Origin: Octopus sinensis
Lineage: Eukaryota
Length of the DNA stretch: 11,022 bases
Assembly (NCBI RefSeq): GCF_006345805.1
Contig: NW_021827184.1
Span: 1-11,022, forward strand
Direction of reading: 5' to 3'
Shown here one piece after another: positions 1 through 10,069 of the stretch. Numbering within the stretch: the stretch's first letter is position 1; each line of letters starts with the position of its first letter. Under the pieces are notes generated by a model. It had not been told where the DNA came from. It did not search any database and was given only the letters and a program-made list of their open reading frames with translations. Made by a program: the position numbers and the translations under genes.

Positions 1-417
1 AAAAATTTTCGAAAAAAGAGGAGAAAGAAAAGTGAAAGTGAGTGGTACTGTAAATGTGCCAATAACTATGCCCAAAAACATGTATTTTCCGTTGACAAAT
101 AGGGCTGTGTGCATCACAAATATACTCATAACACTGCATTGTTGCATTTTTTACACCAAAAACATTAAAGCTGGCAACATCGATTAGAAGCAAATCAGAA
201 TATTTTCCCTGGAATTGACCTCAAAATTATGTGATCCGACCTTGTTTTCGAGTTATTTTTGTAATAAAAAAAGAGTTGTCGTGCAAAAAACATAGTTTAT
301 TTAGAGGCCGAAAGATTACTGAATCATACATCAAAATCGGCAATTCAATTTACGAATCTATAAAGAACGTTCGCACCACACTCAGACAAACAAACACACA
401 AATTCTGTTTTATAATG
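1..417 (+). mobile_element. Possible 3' part of a non-autonomous Helitron/Helentron-like repeat
   Basis: The end (CATCAAAATCGG...CAGACAAACAAACACACAAATTCTGTTTTATAAT, ~329-417) resembles the CAAAATCGG / (CAAA)n / TTTTATA terminal pattern common in invertebrate Helitron-related repeats. Pattern recall only; the 5' boundary is unknown. Confidence 0.3.
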
Positions 418-640
418 CCTCAATAATTTTGGGATATATTACAGGGGGCCCTGGGGAACTAAATGTTTTAATTATGGACAGACGACAACCCTGTACAAAT
501 CTCTCGCACGCAACATTACGCTGCGCATACCACAAGGCAGTTTATCATTGACGATATCGCCTCTGTTAATCCACAGACGAACAATATAGAAAATAATTAC
601 AATGTTTTGTTCTCGGGACCATCAGAAACGTGAATCTAAA

Positions 641-873
641 AGGCGGTGAGCTGGCAGAGACGTTAGCACGCCGGGCGAAATGCTTAGTGGTATTTCGTCT
701 GCCGTTACGTTCTGAGTTCAAATTCCGCCGAGGTCGACTTTGCCTTTCATCCTTTCGGGGTCGATTGAATAAGTACCAGTTACGCACTGGGGTCGATATA
801 ATCCACTTAATCCGTTTGTCTGTCCTTGTTTGTTCTCTCTGTGTTTATCCCCCCTTTTGGGTAGTAAAGAAAT
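641..873 (+). mobile_element. tRNA-derived SINE, family A (octopus-type), near full length
   Basis: A-box-like TGGCAGAGACG and B-box GTTCAAATTCC (716-726). Body GTCGACTTTGCCTTTCATCCTTTCGGGGTCGAT...AAGTACCAG; tail ends GTAAAGAAAT. Homologous copies at 5162-5345, 6127-6644 and 10862-10886. Confidence 0.9.
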
Positions 874-1720
874 GGACTTGGGTAGACTATAGATGAGGAA
901 AAGGGTACGTAATAATCAGTAACGTAGACCTAAAGGCCTAAACCAAGATACCGAAGTAGCAAGGTAGCAAAAGCCTGATGAGTAGCAACAGAAAATCACA
1001 GAGTTGAGACAGAAAGTCTAGGGTGAACAACTTCTTAGTATGTTTGTTGCCTGTGTTGGTATTACTTATGTTTTTAGAAATAGTGAGGTGCTGTGAGCTT
1101 TTGCAGTTTAACCGTTTATCGAGTCATGCAACTTCTAAATCGGATTCAAGTTTGAGATTTCATTTTATATTGTTATTTTAAATGATGTTTTCTTTTTCTT
1201 ATCTTACATTTAAATCATTATATAAAAGTAAGAAAAAAATATAGAAAGAAATGTAACGTGGAAAGAACGGCGGTAAAACGACGATTAATACACGACAAAG
1301 CAGGAAATAACTTAATTCCACAAGACAACAGCAACAACAACAATAAATGGAATATCAGAATGAACAAGCTACATGAATTTGAAGTAAGAATACGTGTCTC
1401 AAACTTAAATCATTAAGAAGGATTCTCCAGATAACGGTAGCAAAAGAGAACAAAAGCATCAGTGTGTGTATAGCGAGATTCTTATCGAGTTCCTTAAGAA
1501 ACTCAGTTATTTTAACTAGATTATTTACATGGAGATGCTTGCACTGATAACTACGCTTCTACAGGGTGTGAGAGAGAGACTGTCAACGTAGGTGTGAACG
1601 TTGTGTGTGTGAGAAGATGAGGGCGGTGCGGGTGGTGGTGGTGATGCTGATGTCACTGTTTAAACTTGTTTAAATATATATTTTTTCTAGTTTTTTCACT
1701 GATGGTTTTGGCTTTTGCTT

Positions 1721-1794
1721 ATGTATGTATCTATATGTGTATATATATATATATTATATATACATACACATGCATATATACATACATACATACA

Positions 1795-1827
<33 letters not shown>

Positions 1828-1992
1828 GTGTGTGTGTGTGTGTATGTGTATGGGTATACTCACACACTTATATATAAGTGTGTGTGTATACATATACACA
1901 CATGCATACATACACACATACACATACACACACATATATATGCATACACACAGTCATACATACATAATTACATACATACGTACATACATACA
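1721..1992. repeat. Compound microsatellite (TA)n/(TACA)n/(TG)n/(CA)n
   Basis: Directly visible simple repeats; they explain the YIHT/VCMY ORFs. Confidence 0.95.
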
Positions 1993-2010
1993 TCCACCTT
2001 CTTACTAGTA

Positions 2011-2105
2011 CTATTATTACTGCTGCTGTTGCTACAACTATCATTGTTAATACAACTATAAACAACAAAACCTACTACTACTACTACTACTATCAGTAAC
2101 AACAA
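2011..2105. repeat. Degenerate trinucleotide repeats (CTA/CTG/CAA)n
   Basis: ctattattactgctgctg...aacaacaa...ctactactactactactactat. Confidence 0.85.
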
Positions 2106-2117
2106 TGACTTTTTCTT

Positions 2118-2126
2118 ACTCACCTC
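2118..2126 (-). other. Candidate 5' splice donor GAG|GTGAGT (exon would end at 2124)
   Basis: Consensus-quality donor on the minus strand, close to where unique sequence gives way to microsatellites. No transcript evidence. Confidence 0.35.
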
Positions 2127-2881
2127 GACTCCCCTAAATGCAAGGACATTAGAAGGACAAGCTTTGAGAAAAGAGGGAAGTGTTAAACTTATAAAAGATT
2201 GTAAAGAAATACAACCCACGTAACAATAAAATTTAACAAAGGTAATTTTCCAAAGGAGAGAGAAACTTCCTAGTGTATATACGTAGAAATCCCACAAAAT
2301 CCACGACCATTGTTTCTACTTATGGTATCTACTTGTCGTCCTTCCTCAACCCATAGCTGCACGCAGAGAGTGGGTCCGTTTATTAGGTCCATGTTTAGAG
2401 CACCCTCGTGCACCTCTGAACAAATATGTAGGAAGGCAAAAAGTCCCTTCTCCACTTTGGTTAGTCTTTATAAGGAACATGGTGTAAAAATTAACACTTC
2501 CTTCTCCAAGCCTAGATTCGAAACCGAATCTAAGAATTCTCGGTTGTCCAAACTACGACGATCAACAGGCGCGAAAAAAGGTTTTCTTTGTCCTGTCAAA
2601 CAGTGGTTGATCATCTCCCTTTGACCTACGACCTCAGCCATGTCGGGCGAAGTTCAAATGGACAGGAGCTGACCATATTTACGTACAAACTCTACTGCAG
2701 TATGTCTGTCCTTCTAGCTGCCACGTTTATTATAAACACGGTGGTCAGCAGACAGACAAAGAAGAAAGGCCTAGCAGGCAATTGAGAAAGATCTACGACA
2801 CGACATGTTTTGGTGGCAGACCGCCGAGACCGAGAGAAATGTTCGAAGTTCCATGGTAGACTACTGTCTCAGATGAACTAC

Positions 2882-2944
2882 GCACACACACACACACAAA
2901 TATATATACACACACACACACACACGCACAAACACACACACAAA
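2882..2944. repeat. (CA)n microsatellite with TA interruption
   Basis: Directly visible. Confidence 0.95.
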
Positions 2945-3208
2945 CATATTCATTTCTGACATATCACCTCCACAGATGTATCATTTTTCTATTTCTAGCA
3001 ACTCGTTGCAGTTGCCAACATTTTGCATGTAGTGAAGACAAATTAAGTCCAGTGAATAAATTAGTTTTTGACTATGAATCGATTCACTCATTCCTTTACT
3101 TCAAAGGCAAACACATTCCTTTTGCCCCTGTTTACCTGATACACACATTTAAACCACTACAAGGGTTTGCTCAAAGAGTAAGTTGTCTCTCTTCAGCCCT
3201 TTCCATCT

Positions 3209-3295
3209 CTTCCGCCACACAACTTCTTCCCGTTAAACAGTTTGCTAGCTATTTCCGGCCAGAAAAGGGGACAGTAGTTTGAAACATCACGTGAC
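3209..3295. promoter_or_regulatory. Candidate promoter motif cluster (ETS-like GCGGAAG and CCGGAAAT; extended E-box GTCACGTGAT)
   Basis: Minus-strand GCGGAAG at 3209-3215 and CCGGAAAT at 3251-3258; ATCACGTGAC at 3286-3295. The surrounding DNA is unique and comparatively GC/CpG-rich. These short motifs could be chance matches. Confidence 0.25.
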
Positions 3296-3573
3296 ACCAG
3301 TTGTTCACAACTTCACTAGTCATCAATGTTCGGGTACTGGACGAGTGCGTGCAGGAAGGTTCCATCCCTCTCACCGCATTTCGGAAGGGCTCGGTTAAGT
3401 GTACTTCGGGATCTGTGGAGTTTATTTCGTACCAGCAATGCCCCACCCCACGAAACCGTCCTGGCCAGTCAAATATTGACTTATGGCACGAGTGGCGAAA
3501 GCACTATGAGGGCTTTCGCCACGCATGTCCATCGAATGGATTTTGTCCCCTCTTTTTCACATTTCGATTTCGA

Positions 3574-3755
3574 TTTACTCTTTACTATTTTACTTGTTTC
3601 AGTCATTTCGATCCAAGTACTTATTATATCGGTCTCTTTTGCCGAACCGCTAATGTTACGGGGACGTAAACACACCGGCATCGGTTGTCAAACATGTTGG
3701 GGGGAAACACAGACACACAAACACACACACACAACACACACACACACCACATATA

Positions 3756-3837
<82 letters not shown>

Positions 3838-4005
3838 CTATACGACGGCTTCTTTCAGTTTCCGTCTACCAAATCCATTCACAAGGCTTTGGTCGGCTCG
3901 AAGCTATAGTAGAAGACACTTGCCCAAGGTACCACGCAATGGGACTGAACCCGGAACCATGTGGTTGGTAAACAAGCTACTTACCACGCAACCACTCTTG
4001 CGTCT
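3574..4005 (-). mobile_element. tRNA-derived SINE, family B (CORE-like motif), with internal (TA)n/(TG)n tract
   Basis: The reverse complement aligns with 4732-5134: head AGACGCAAGAGTGGTTGCGTGGTAAGTAG, B-box GGTTCAGTCCC, CORE-like CCTTGGGCAAGTG, tail GACTGAAACAAGTAAAA. Part of the 3' region is deleted. Confidence 0.9.
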
Positions 4006-4541
4006 ATAACGTTCATGATATTGTTATTTTTGTCTTACCTTCGTCTCTAACCTTGTTTTGAATGGTGGTCAGTTTGGAAAGCCTTGACAGTGATTTCAAC
4101 TCACAACAAATGTGTAACCAAAAGAGATCAATCACTTAATTTGGTTTATATTTTCTGACAATCCAAATTATAACAGTAATCATATTCATCTCAATTGAAT
4201 TACTAATTAATCAGTCTTACAATAGATTCATTAGTCAATACATAAGCTATTAGAAATGGGTCTCTCTACTTGATCGTTCCACGAATAAAAAATACTGGGC
4301 ACCTCTCTTCCAGTCCACATCCTTGTGTCTCATACAAGAATATGATAGACTAAATATTATTTAGTGGAATCATGTATTTGTATTAAATATCTCTTTTAGA
4401 TAAAGTGATCAATATACATATATTTTGAATGAAACAGTTCTAGTCCTGTAGAAGCTCCTTCTATAAAATAAATTAATTTACTCTGCTATGTATTGAGTAC
4501 CTTATTTACTGTGGTTAACCCCGAATCAACCCGGGACCTAC

Positions 4542-5134
<593 letters not shown>

Positions 5135-5161
5135 ATATACATATATATTGGGTTATCACAT

Positions 5162-5345
5162 TTAGCGGCATTTCGTATGTTTGTACGTTCTGAGTTCAAA
5201 TTCCGCCTAGGTCAACTTTGTCTTTCATTCTTTCACGGTTGGTAAAATAAGAAATAGACGAGCACTGGTGGATCAATGTCAACATCACAGAGTTAGCCCT
5301 TTGCTCTCAATTGCTGGCCTGGTGTCAACATTTTAAACCGATACT
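5162..5345 (+). mobile_element. Older family A-related SINE fragment with a different 3' tail
   Basis: TTAGCGGCATTTCG...TACGTTCTGAGTTCAAATTCCGCCTAGGTCAACTTTGTCTTTCATTCTTTC matches 684-757; the sequence diverges after GCACTGG. Confidence 0.8.
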
Positions 5346-5765
5346 ATTAGTGCGGGAATTGATCAATTCATCATGTGGTCTAAAGAATACTCAGCACTTT
5401 TTTTGTTTCTGGTTTGTAAATTCGTATCTGACCTTACTCAATTTGGTTCTTCAACCATACTGTAAGTCTGCATTAAGAATTAGCATTACGGTGAATTTAT
5501 TTAGAGCGCAGACAATTATTAAAATGTGCAGATCGCTGTAGGAATTGATTAAAGGAATTTATTTCCGTCCATCTATATTCTCAAGTTATTGAACGGTCGA
5601 ACCAATTTCTTCTTCCCCTTCCATTCACAGAATTAAATATATATATCACTGTTCTATTGAATAAATTCAATCTACAGCGACACAAATACAATACAAACCA
5701 TTTTATTATAAGCCTTATCAGAGGAAATTAAATTACCAGGTTTATTTGATAAATTATACGGAACA

Positions 5766-5915
5766 GGCATTGTAGTGCGATAAAGTAGTGAATTTTGCAA
5801 CTATATGCTCCGGTTTCGATTCCGTAACGCATTTTTTGGACCAGTGTCTTATGCTAAAGCCTGGAGTTCATTATTAATTTGTTTGTGAAATTTGGTCGAC
5901 GAACTGTACACGTGA
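5766..5915 (+). mobile_element. Highly degenerate family B SINE 5' half
   Basis: CAACTATATGCTCCGGTTTCGATTCC, CAGTGTCTTATGCTAAAGCCTGG and ATTTGGTCGACGAACTG are collinear with the matching motifs in 4770-4872. Confidence 0.6.
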
Positions 5916-5961
5916 TTCTCTGTGTGTGCCCCTCTTATTCCACTCTCTCTCTCCCACTGTG

Positions 5962-5999
<38 letters not shown>

Positions 6000-6000
6000 G

Positions 6001-6128
6001 AGGAGTGGCTGTGTGGTAAGTAGATTGGAACCGAAAGAAACCCGTTACACACACATATATGTATGTGTGTGGATGCATGCGTATATATGTTTGTTTGTGT
6101 TTGTCCCCACCAACATCGCGTGACAACC
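6001..6128 (+). mobile_element. Family B SINE with ~100-bp internal deletion, 3' truncated
   Basis: AGGAGTGGCTGTGTGGTAAGTAGATTG is joined directly to GAACCGAAAGAAACCCGT...GTGTTTGTCCCC...TGACAACC. Confidence 0.8.
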
Positions 6129-6644
6129 AGTGCGTAACTGGTACTTATTTAATCGACTCCGAAAGGATGAAAGGCAAAGTCGACCTCGGCGGAATTTGAA
6201 CCCAGAACGTAGCGGCAGACGAAATACCTATTTGTTTATTGCCCACAAGGGGCTGAACATAGACGGGACAAACAAGGATAGACAAACGGATTAAGTCGAT
6301 TACTTCGACCCCACTGCGTAACTGGTACTTAATTTATCGACCCCGAATGGATGGAAGGCAAAGTCGACCTCGGTGGAATTTGAACTCAGAACGTAGCAGC
6401 AGACGAAATACCTATTTGTTTATTGCCCACAATGGGCTGAACATAGACGGACAAACAAGGATAGACAAACGGATTAAGTCGATTACATCGACCCCAGTGC
6501 GTAACTGGTACTGAATTTATCGACTCCGAAAGGATGAAAGTCGAAGTCGATCTTAGTGGAATTTGAACTCAGAACGTAAGGACAGACGAAGTGCCGCTAA
6601 GCATATCGCCCGGCGTGCTAACGTTTCCGCCAGCTCTTCCGCCT
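6127..6644 (-). mobile_element. Family A SINE with head-to-tail tandem units, period 183-184 bp
   Basis: CCA(G/C)TGCGTAACTGG recurs at 6127, 6311 and 6494. There is a single A-box head at ~6600-6644; the units align to 689-873. Confidence 0.92.
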
Positions 6645-7785
6645 TGCTCCAACCTAATAACGACTTGTCACTTTTATCGACTGAATATGTATGTTGCGGC
6701 ATAGAATCCATTAGCTTTGAAACGACTTTGAAGAATGAACGTTCAGCTCTGTTATTCCGGGCTTGAATCCTACTTTCATACAAGAATAAATATTCATACA
6801 ACATAATGTGAATAAATATTGATTCGTATTCTATTGCTACTTACTGTTAGGAATTAATGAAACCAATATTACGTACATTATTTAGAGGCATTCATTATGT
6901 GTACTGTTAATATGCGCTTCAGACTAGCTCATTAATTAGCAAATTTTATTAATCATATTTTATATTGCGTATTGTTTGCTTTTAATACATATACTTATTT
7001 TAATTTTTATTAACCTCGTCCCCAAATTTTATTGCCCGCTTCTAATTTACTTTTATTTTATTGCTTTCTGGTTTTAAATAAGATCAATTTAATGTTTGTC
7101 TTATTATAATTACATATAGCGCTGTATGGGAATAGTCATCGCTTTTAATTTCACCGTCCATTTAATCCCTGAATACATATGTGAAAGTACTTACTCCAAG
7201 ATAATTATTTCAGTTTAGCCAGAATTCTCCCCATACGACAGTCTACAATGTCATTTCCTGCTGCTGCACGCCGTACATTATTAAAAGCGAGATTCTTGTT
7301 GCTTGTTTCCTTTTCTGAAATTCCAACTCGTAATATTTCGGTTTGAAAATCCAATCATCTCTATAACCATGCCGTATATACTGATTGCTTTCTCAGTTAA
7401 TTAGAAGATCAATTACTTATCTCGCTGAGAGGATATTTCGTGTACATTGAAGGTTAATTAGAAATTTGCACAAGAATCAGTTGGTCATTAAGAGATGGAA
7501 AGATATTAAAAAAAAAATCACTGAATGTAATATGATTGGATGATGAGGTGTGTAAAATAGAGGAAGATGGGGCTGGAGGGGGCTTCGTGTCGGTTTAGGG
7601 AAATAATGAGGATCTATAGTTGTGAGTTGTTGTATATTGGGAAATGAAGAAGTGTATAAGAAGGATATCAATTTGAATTGAAAGGTGAAAGCAATAATCA
7701 CATTGCGTGTATGTATGCATAGAAGCATGTAAGGGTGTATATAGGAGCTTGAACCTGCCGCAATGCTGTAATGTATATGTATATA

Positions 7786-8095
7786 TAAATAAATAATAAA
7801 TAAATAAATAGATAAATAAATAAATAAACACACACACACATATATATATACACACATCCACTTAAAGAATACAAACATATATTCTATAACATACAAACAC
7901 AGGTGTGCGTACACACGCATACACACATACACTCATACACACTGAGGCGTATAATATACATCTAGATACATATTTACACACACACACATACACACATACA
8001 GACACACACATGTACACACGTATGTACATGTATATATGAGCGTGTATGTATGTGCATGTGTGTGTGCATGTGTGTGTGTATGTATGTATGTGTGC
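7786..8095. repeat. (AAAT)n followed by degenerate (CA)n/(TG)n/(TA)n
   Basis: Directly visible. Confidence 0.9.
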
Positions 8096-8117
8096 TCAAT
8101 ATATATATTTTTCGGTC

Positions 8118-8205
8118 TTTCATTCTTTTACTTGTTCCAATCATCACTCTGCGGCCATACTGGGACACTACCTTCAAGTATTTTAGCCGAAAAGATCGAC
8201 GACAA
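8118..8205 (-). mobile_element. Family B-type SINE 3' tail fragment
   Basis: The reverse complement GTCGATCTTTTCGGCTAAAA...GAAGGTAGTGTCCCAGTATGGCCGCAG...GATTGGAACAAGTAAAAGA resembles 5065-5132. Confidence 0.7.
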
Positions 8206-8320
8206 TATTTCTAAATATTTCTAAATATCTCAGAGAGCTAGAAGCAGTAGTGGAACGATAGTGATATTTAGAAAGTTAATACTTCTATTTTTCGTGATCA
8301 GCGAATATACTTCACTGAAA

Positions 8321-8378
8321 TCATGCCCCAGCATGGCCATAGCTTGTGAGCTGAAACTAGATAAAATAAAAAAAAAAT
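8321..8378 (+). mobile_element. SINE 3' tail fragment (family B-related)
   Basis: TGCCCCAGCATGGCCATAG...GCTGAAACTAGATAAAATAAAA resembles TGCTCCAGCATGACCGCAG...GCTGAAACAATTAAAA at 5089-5130. Confidence 0.6.
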
Positions 8379-8396
8379 ATATATATATATATATAT

Positions 8397-8706
8397 GTTT
8401 ACAAAGTCTAGACAGGTATCTTCAGCTAGCCGGCCATGGTACTCCAGACTGATGACGAGCAAGACTCTGAAACATGTCTCTGGTGGCAGGCTTAGCTGGA
8501 TGGGGGTGCTTATCTCCCCATTGTAAACATAAGCACACAGGAAATGTGTTAAGGCCGACAGAAAGCGTTGATGCTTCCTAGGGCTAAATAGCGGTGGTGT
8601 GATTCCCTTTATGGGACTGTCACGTTAAGTTGTCAGTATACAACTGTTCTATCGTTCCACCACTGCTTATATCTCTCTGAGATATTTAAAAATTTAATAT
8701 TTCATC
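8397..8706 (+). mobile_element. ~310-bp hammerhead-bearing non-coding retroelement (PLE pLTR or retrozyme-like monomer) inserted in (TA)n
   Basis: Unique block bounded by (TA)n on both sides, with an HHR near its 5' end. Its 3' segment 8649-8688 has an inverted copy at 8222-8261 (37/40). Confidence 0.65.
8423..8498 (+). ncRNA. Type I hammerhead ribozyme
   Basis: Stem I CCAGA(8444-48)/TCTGG(8479-83); core CTGATGA(8449-55); stem II GAG-CAAGA-CTC; GAAA(8469-72); palindromic stem III ACATGT; GUC site with cleavage after 8478. Stem I is extended by GCCA/TGGC, GCC/GGC and CAGCTA/TAGCTG. Confidence 0.85.
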
Positions 8707-8806
<100 letters not shown>

Positions 8807-8843
8807 CAAAGTAAGCAACAGCGTACATGCAAAACTGAGGACC

Positions 8844-9060
8844 GGAGTAGACAGAATCCATACTACATATGTTTCATAGCTAGCAGGAGTTTCGATCGAA
8901 AGTTTTTCAGTCGAATTTCTTCGATGACAATATTAACTTCATTTAATTAAGGTATTCTTGGTCCGATGTGTAGCTAGCGAATTAACCCTCGTTTGGATAA
9001 TTGCTACTTCCAACGTTCTACTAGCTATGAAATATATGTAGTCTGAATTTTATCTACTCC
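8844..9060. repeat. Imperfect 45-bp inverted repeat (8844-8888 / 9016-9060), probably two opposed fragments of one repeat family
   Basis: 38/45 identity by manual alignment; 6 of the 7 differences are transitions. Confidence 0.8.
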
Positions 9061-9366
9061 ATTCCCTAATTCTGGATTTCTATTCGCATGCATAGCAACC
9101 CCTGCTGCTAATCATAAGCTATGAAAACATTTTTTCAGCTTATGGGACTTCCATACGGGAAAAACTTATCTTCTACATCAATAAACTACTATTGTTCCTG
9201 AAAGTATGTACTGCTCTTTACCTGCGTGATTTGTAGAGCATTGCTTTCTGGGAGATATCTTATGGTAGTAGAATAGTATTTTAGCTGCTATTTCTAAATT
9301 TCAGTATGTGGTGAAGCAAATTTTGCTGAACCCTAATTATAATTATCCTCATAATTATAGAATTTT

Positions 9367-9402
<36 letters not shown>

Positions 9403-9409
9403 TATATAT

Positions 9410-9623
9410 AAAGTTAATCCAAACAAGAATGCACAAAAAAGACACAACAACGCGAGGACGTGGAGCAAATATAGTATTATTGGACACTCAGGAAAGAAGG
9501 AAAGAAGGAGGGTTTAGCGTTTCGAGCGGAGCTCTTCGTCGGAAACATAGGAGAAAGAAAGATCCAAAGAAGGTAAGACAGAGGGAAAAAAATCGCCAAC
9601 GGTACACACGTGGTCACATTTTG
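9410..9623 (-). mobile_element. Penelope-like pLTR fragment between (TA)n tracts
   Basis: ~210-bp block flanked by TA-rich microsatellites, carrying a minimal hammerhead motif on the minus strand. Confidence 0.6.
9512..9546 (-). ncRNA. Minimal hammerhead ribozyme motif, two core deviations
   Basis: Minus strand reads GTTT-CCGACGA-A-GAGC-TCC-GCTC-GAAA-CG-CT-AAAC. Stems I and II pair perfectly; U4 is C and U16.1 is C. Confidence 0.7.
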
Positions 9624-9889
9624 TATATAAATATATATATATTTACATATATACGTACGTATATACATACATATATATGTACATACATACATACATATGT
9701 ATGTATGTACGTATGTATATATATTTAAAGTATGATTATAGATATATGATTTATAAATATAGGGGCTTGAGAGACAGAGCCTGTACGCTTGAAATAGACG
9801 TCAAACGACTACAAACCATTTATGTTAATACTCCGTTCATCCCATGGCTGTATGAGAGGAAGATGGACAAAAAACGGATTTATAAAAAT

Positions 9890-9967
9890 ATTGTGGACAA
9901 CCCTGTATCTTAAAATTTCATGTTTTGCAATATTAAAACTGATTTACAATCTTCAGTAGGGTACACT
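9890..9967 (-). ncRNA. Decayed type I hammerhead ribozyme
   Basis: Minus strand reads AGTGT-ACCCTA-CTGAAGA-TTGTAA...TTGC-AAAA-CATGAAATTTTAAGATA-CAGGGT. The partner arm supplies TTAACGTA-TAGGGT-TGTGC-ACACT (10574-10597), which restores stem I, stem III and a GUA site. Confidence 0.6.
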
Positions 9968-9977
9968 GAAATACGAA

Positions 9978-10030
<53 letters not shown>

Positions 10031-10032
10031 TA

Positions 10033-10069
<37 letters not shown>

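Noticed and set aside
970-1000. CTGATGA...GAAA at 975-993 as a hammerhead
   Set aside because: Stem II is only 2 bp, and there is no stem III/UH site or stem I partner.
1666-2068. ORFs rich in YI/HT/VC/MY (also at 3624-3971, 4486-5004, 7477-8224, 9281-9728)
   Set aside because: They are translations of microsatellites that lack stop codons, and several use non-ATG starts.
2310-2624. 104-aa plus-strand ORF in unique sequence
   Set aside because: It has a TTG start, no recognisable motif and no supporting splice structure.
3326-4009. Longest ORF (227 aa)
   Set aside because: Two thirds of it is an antisense family B SINE plus (TA)n, and no domain is recognisable.
6127-6644. CRISPR-like array
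   Set aside because: The units are contiguous 184-bp SINE-derived repeats with no unique spacers, in a eukaryotic context.
7189-7320. Possible 120-nt minus-strand exon (TTTCAG|7314...7195|GTAAGT)
   Set aside because: It has stops in all three frames and a poor polypyrimidine tract. It cannot be supported without transcripts, though a non-coding exon is not excluded.
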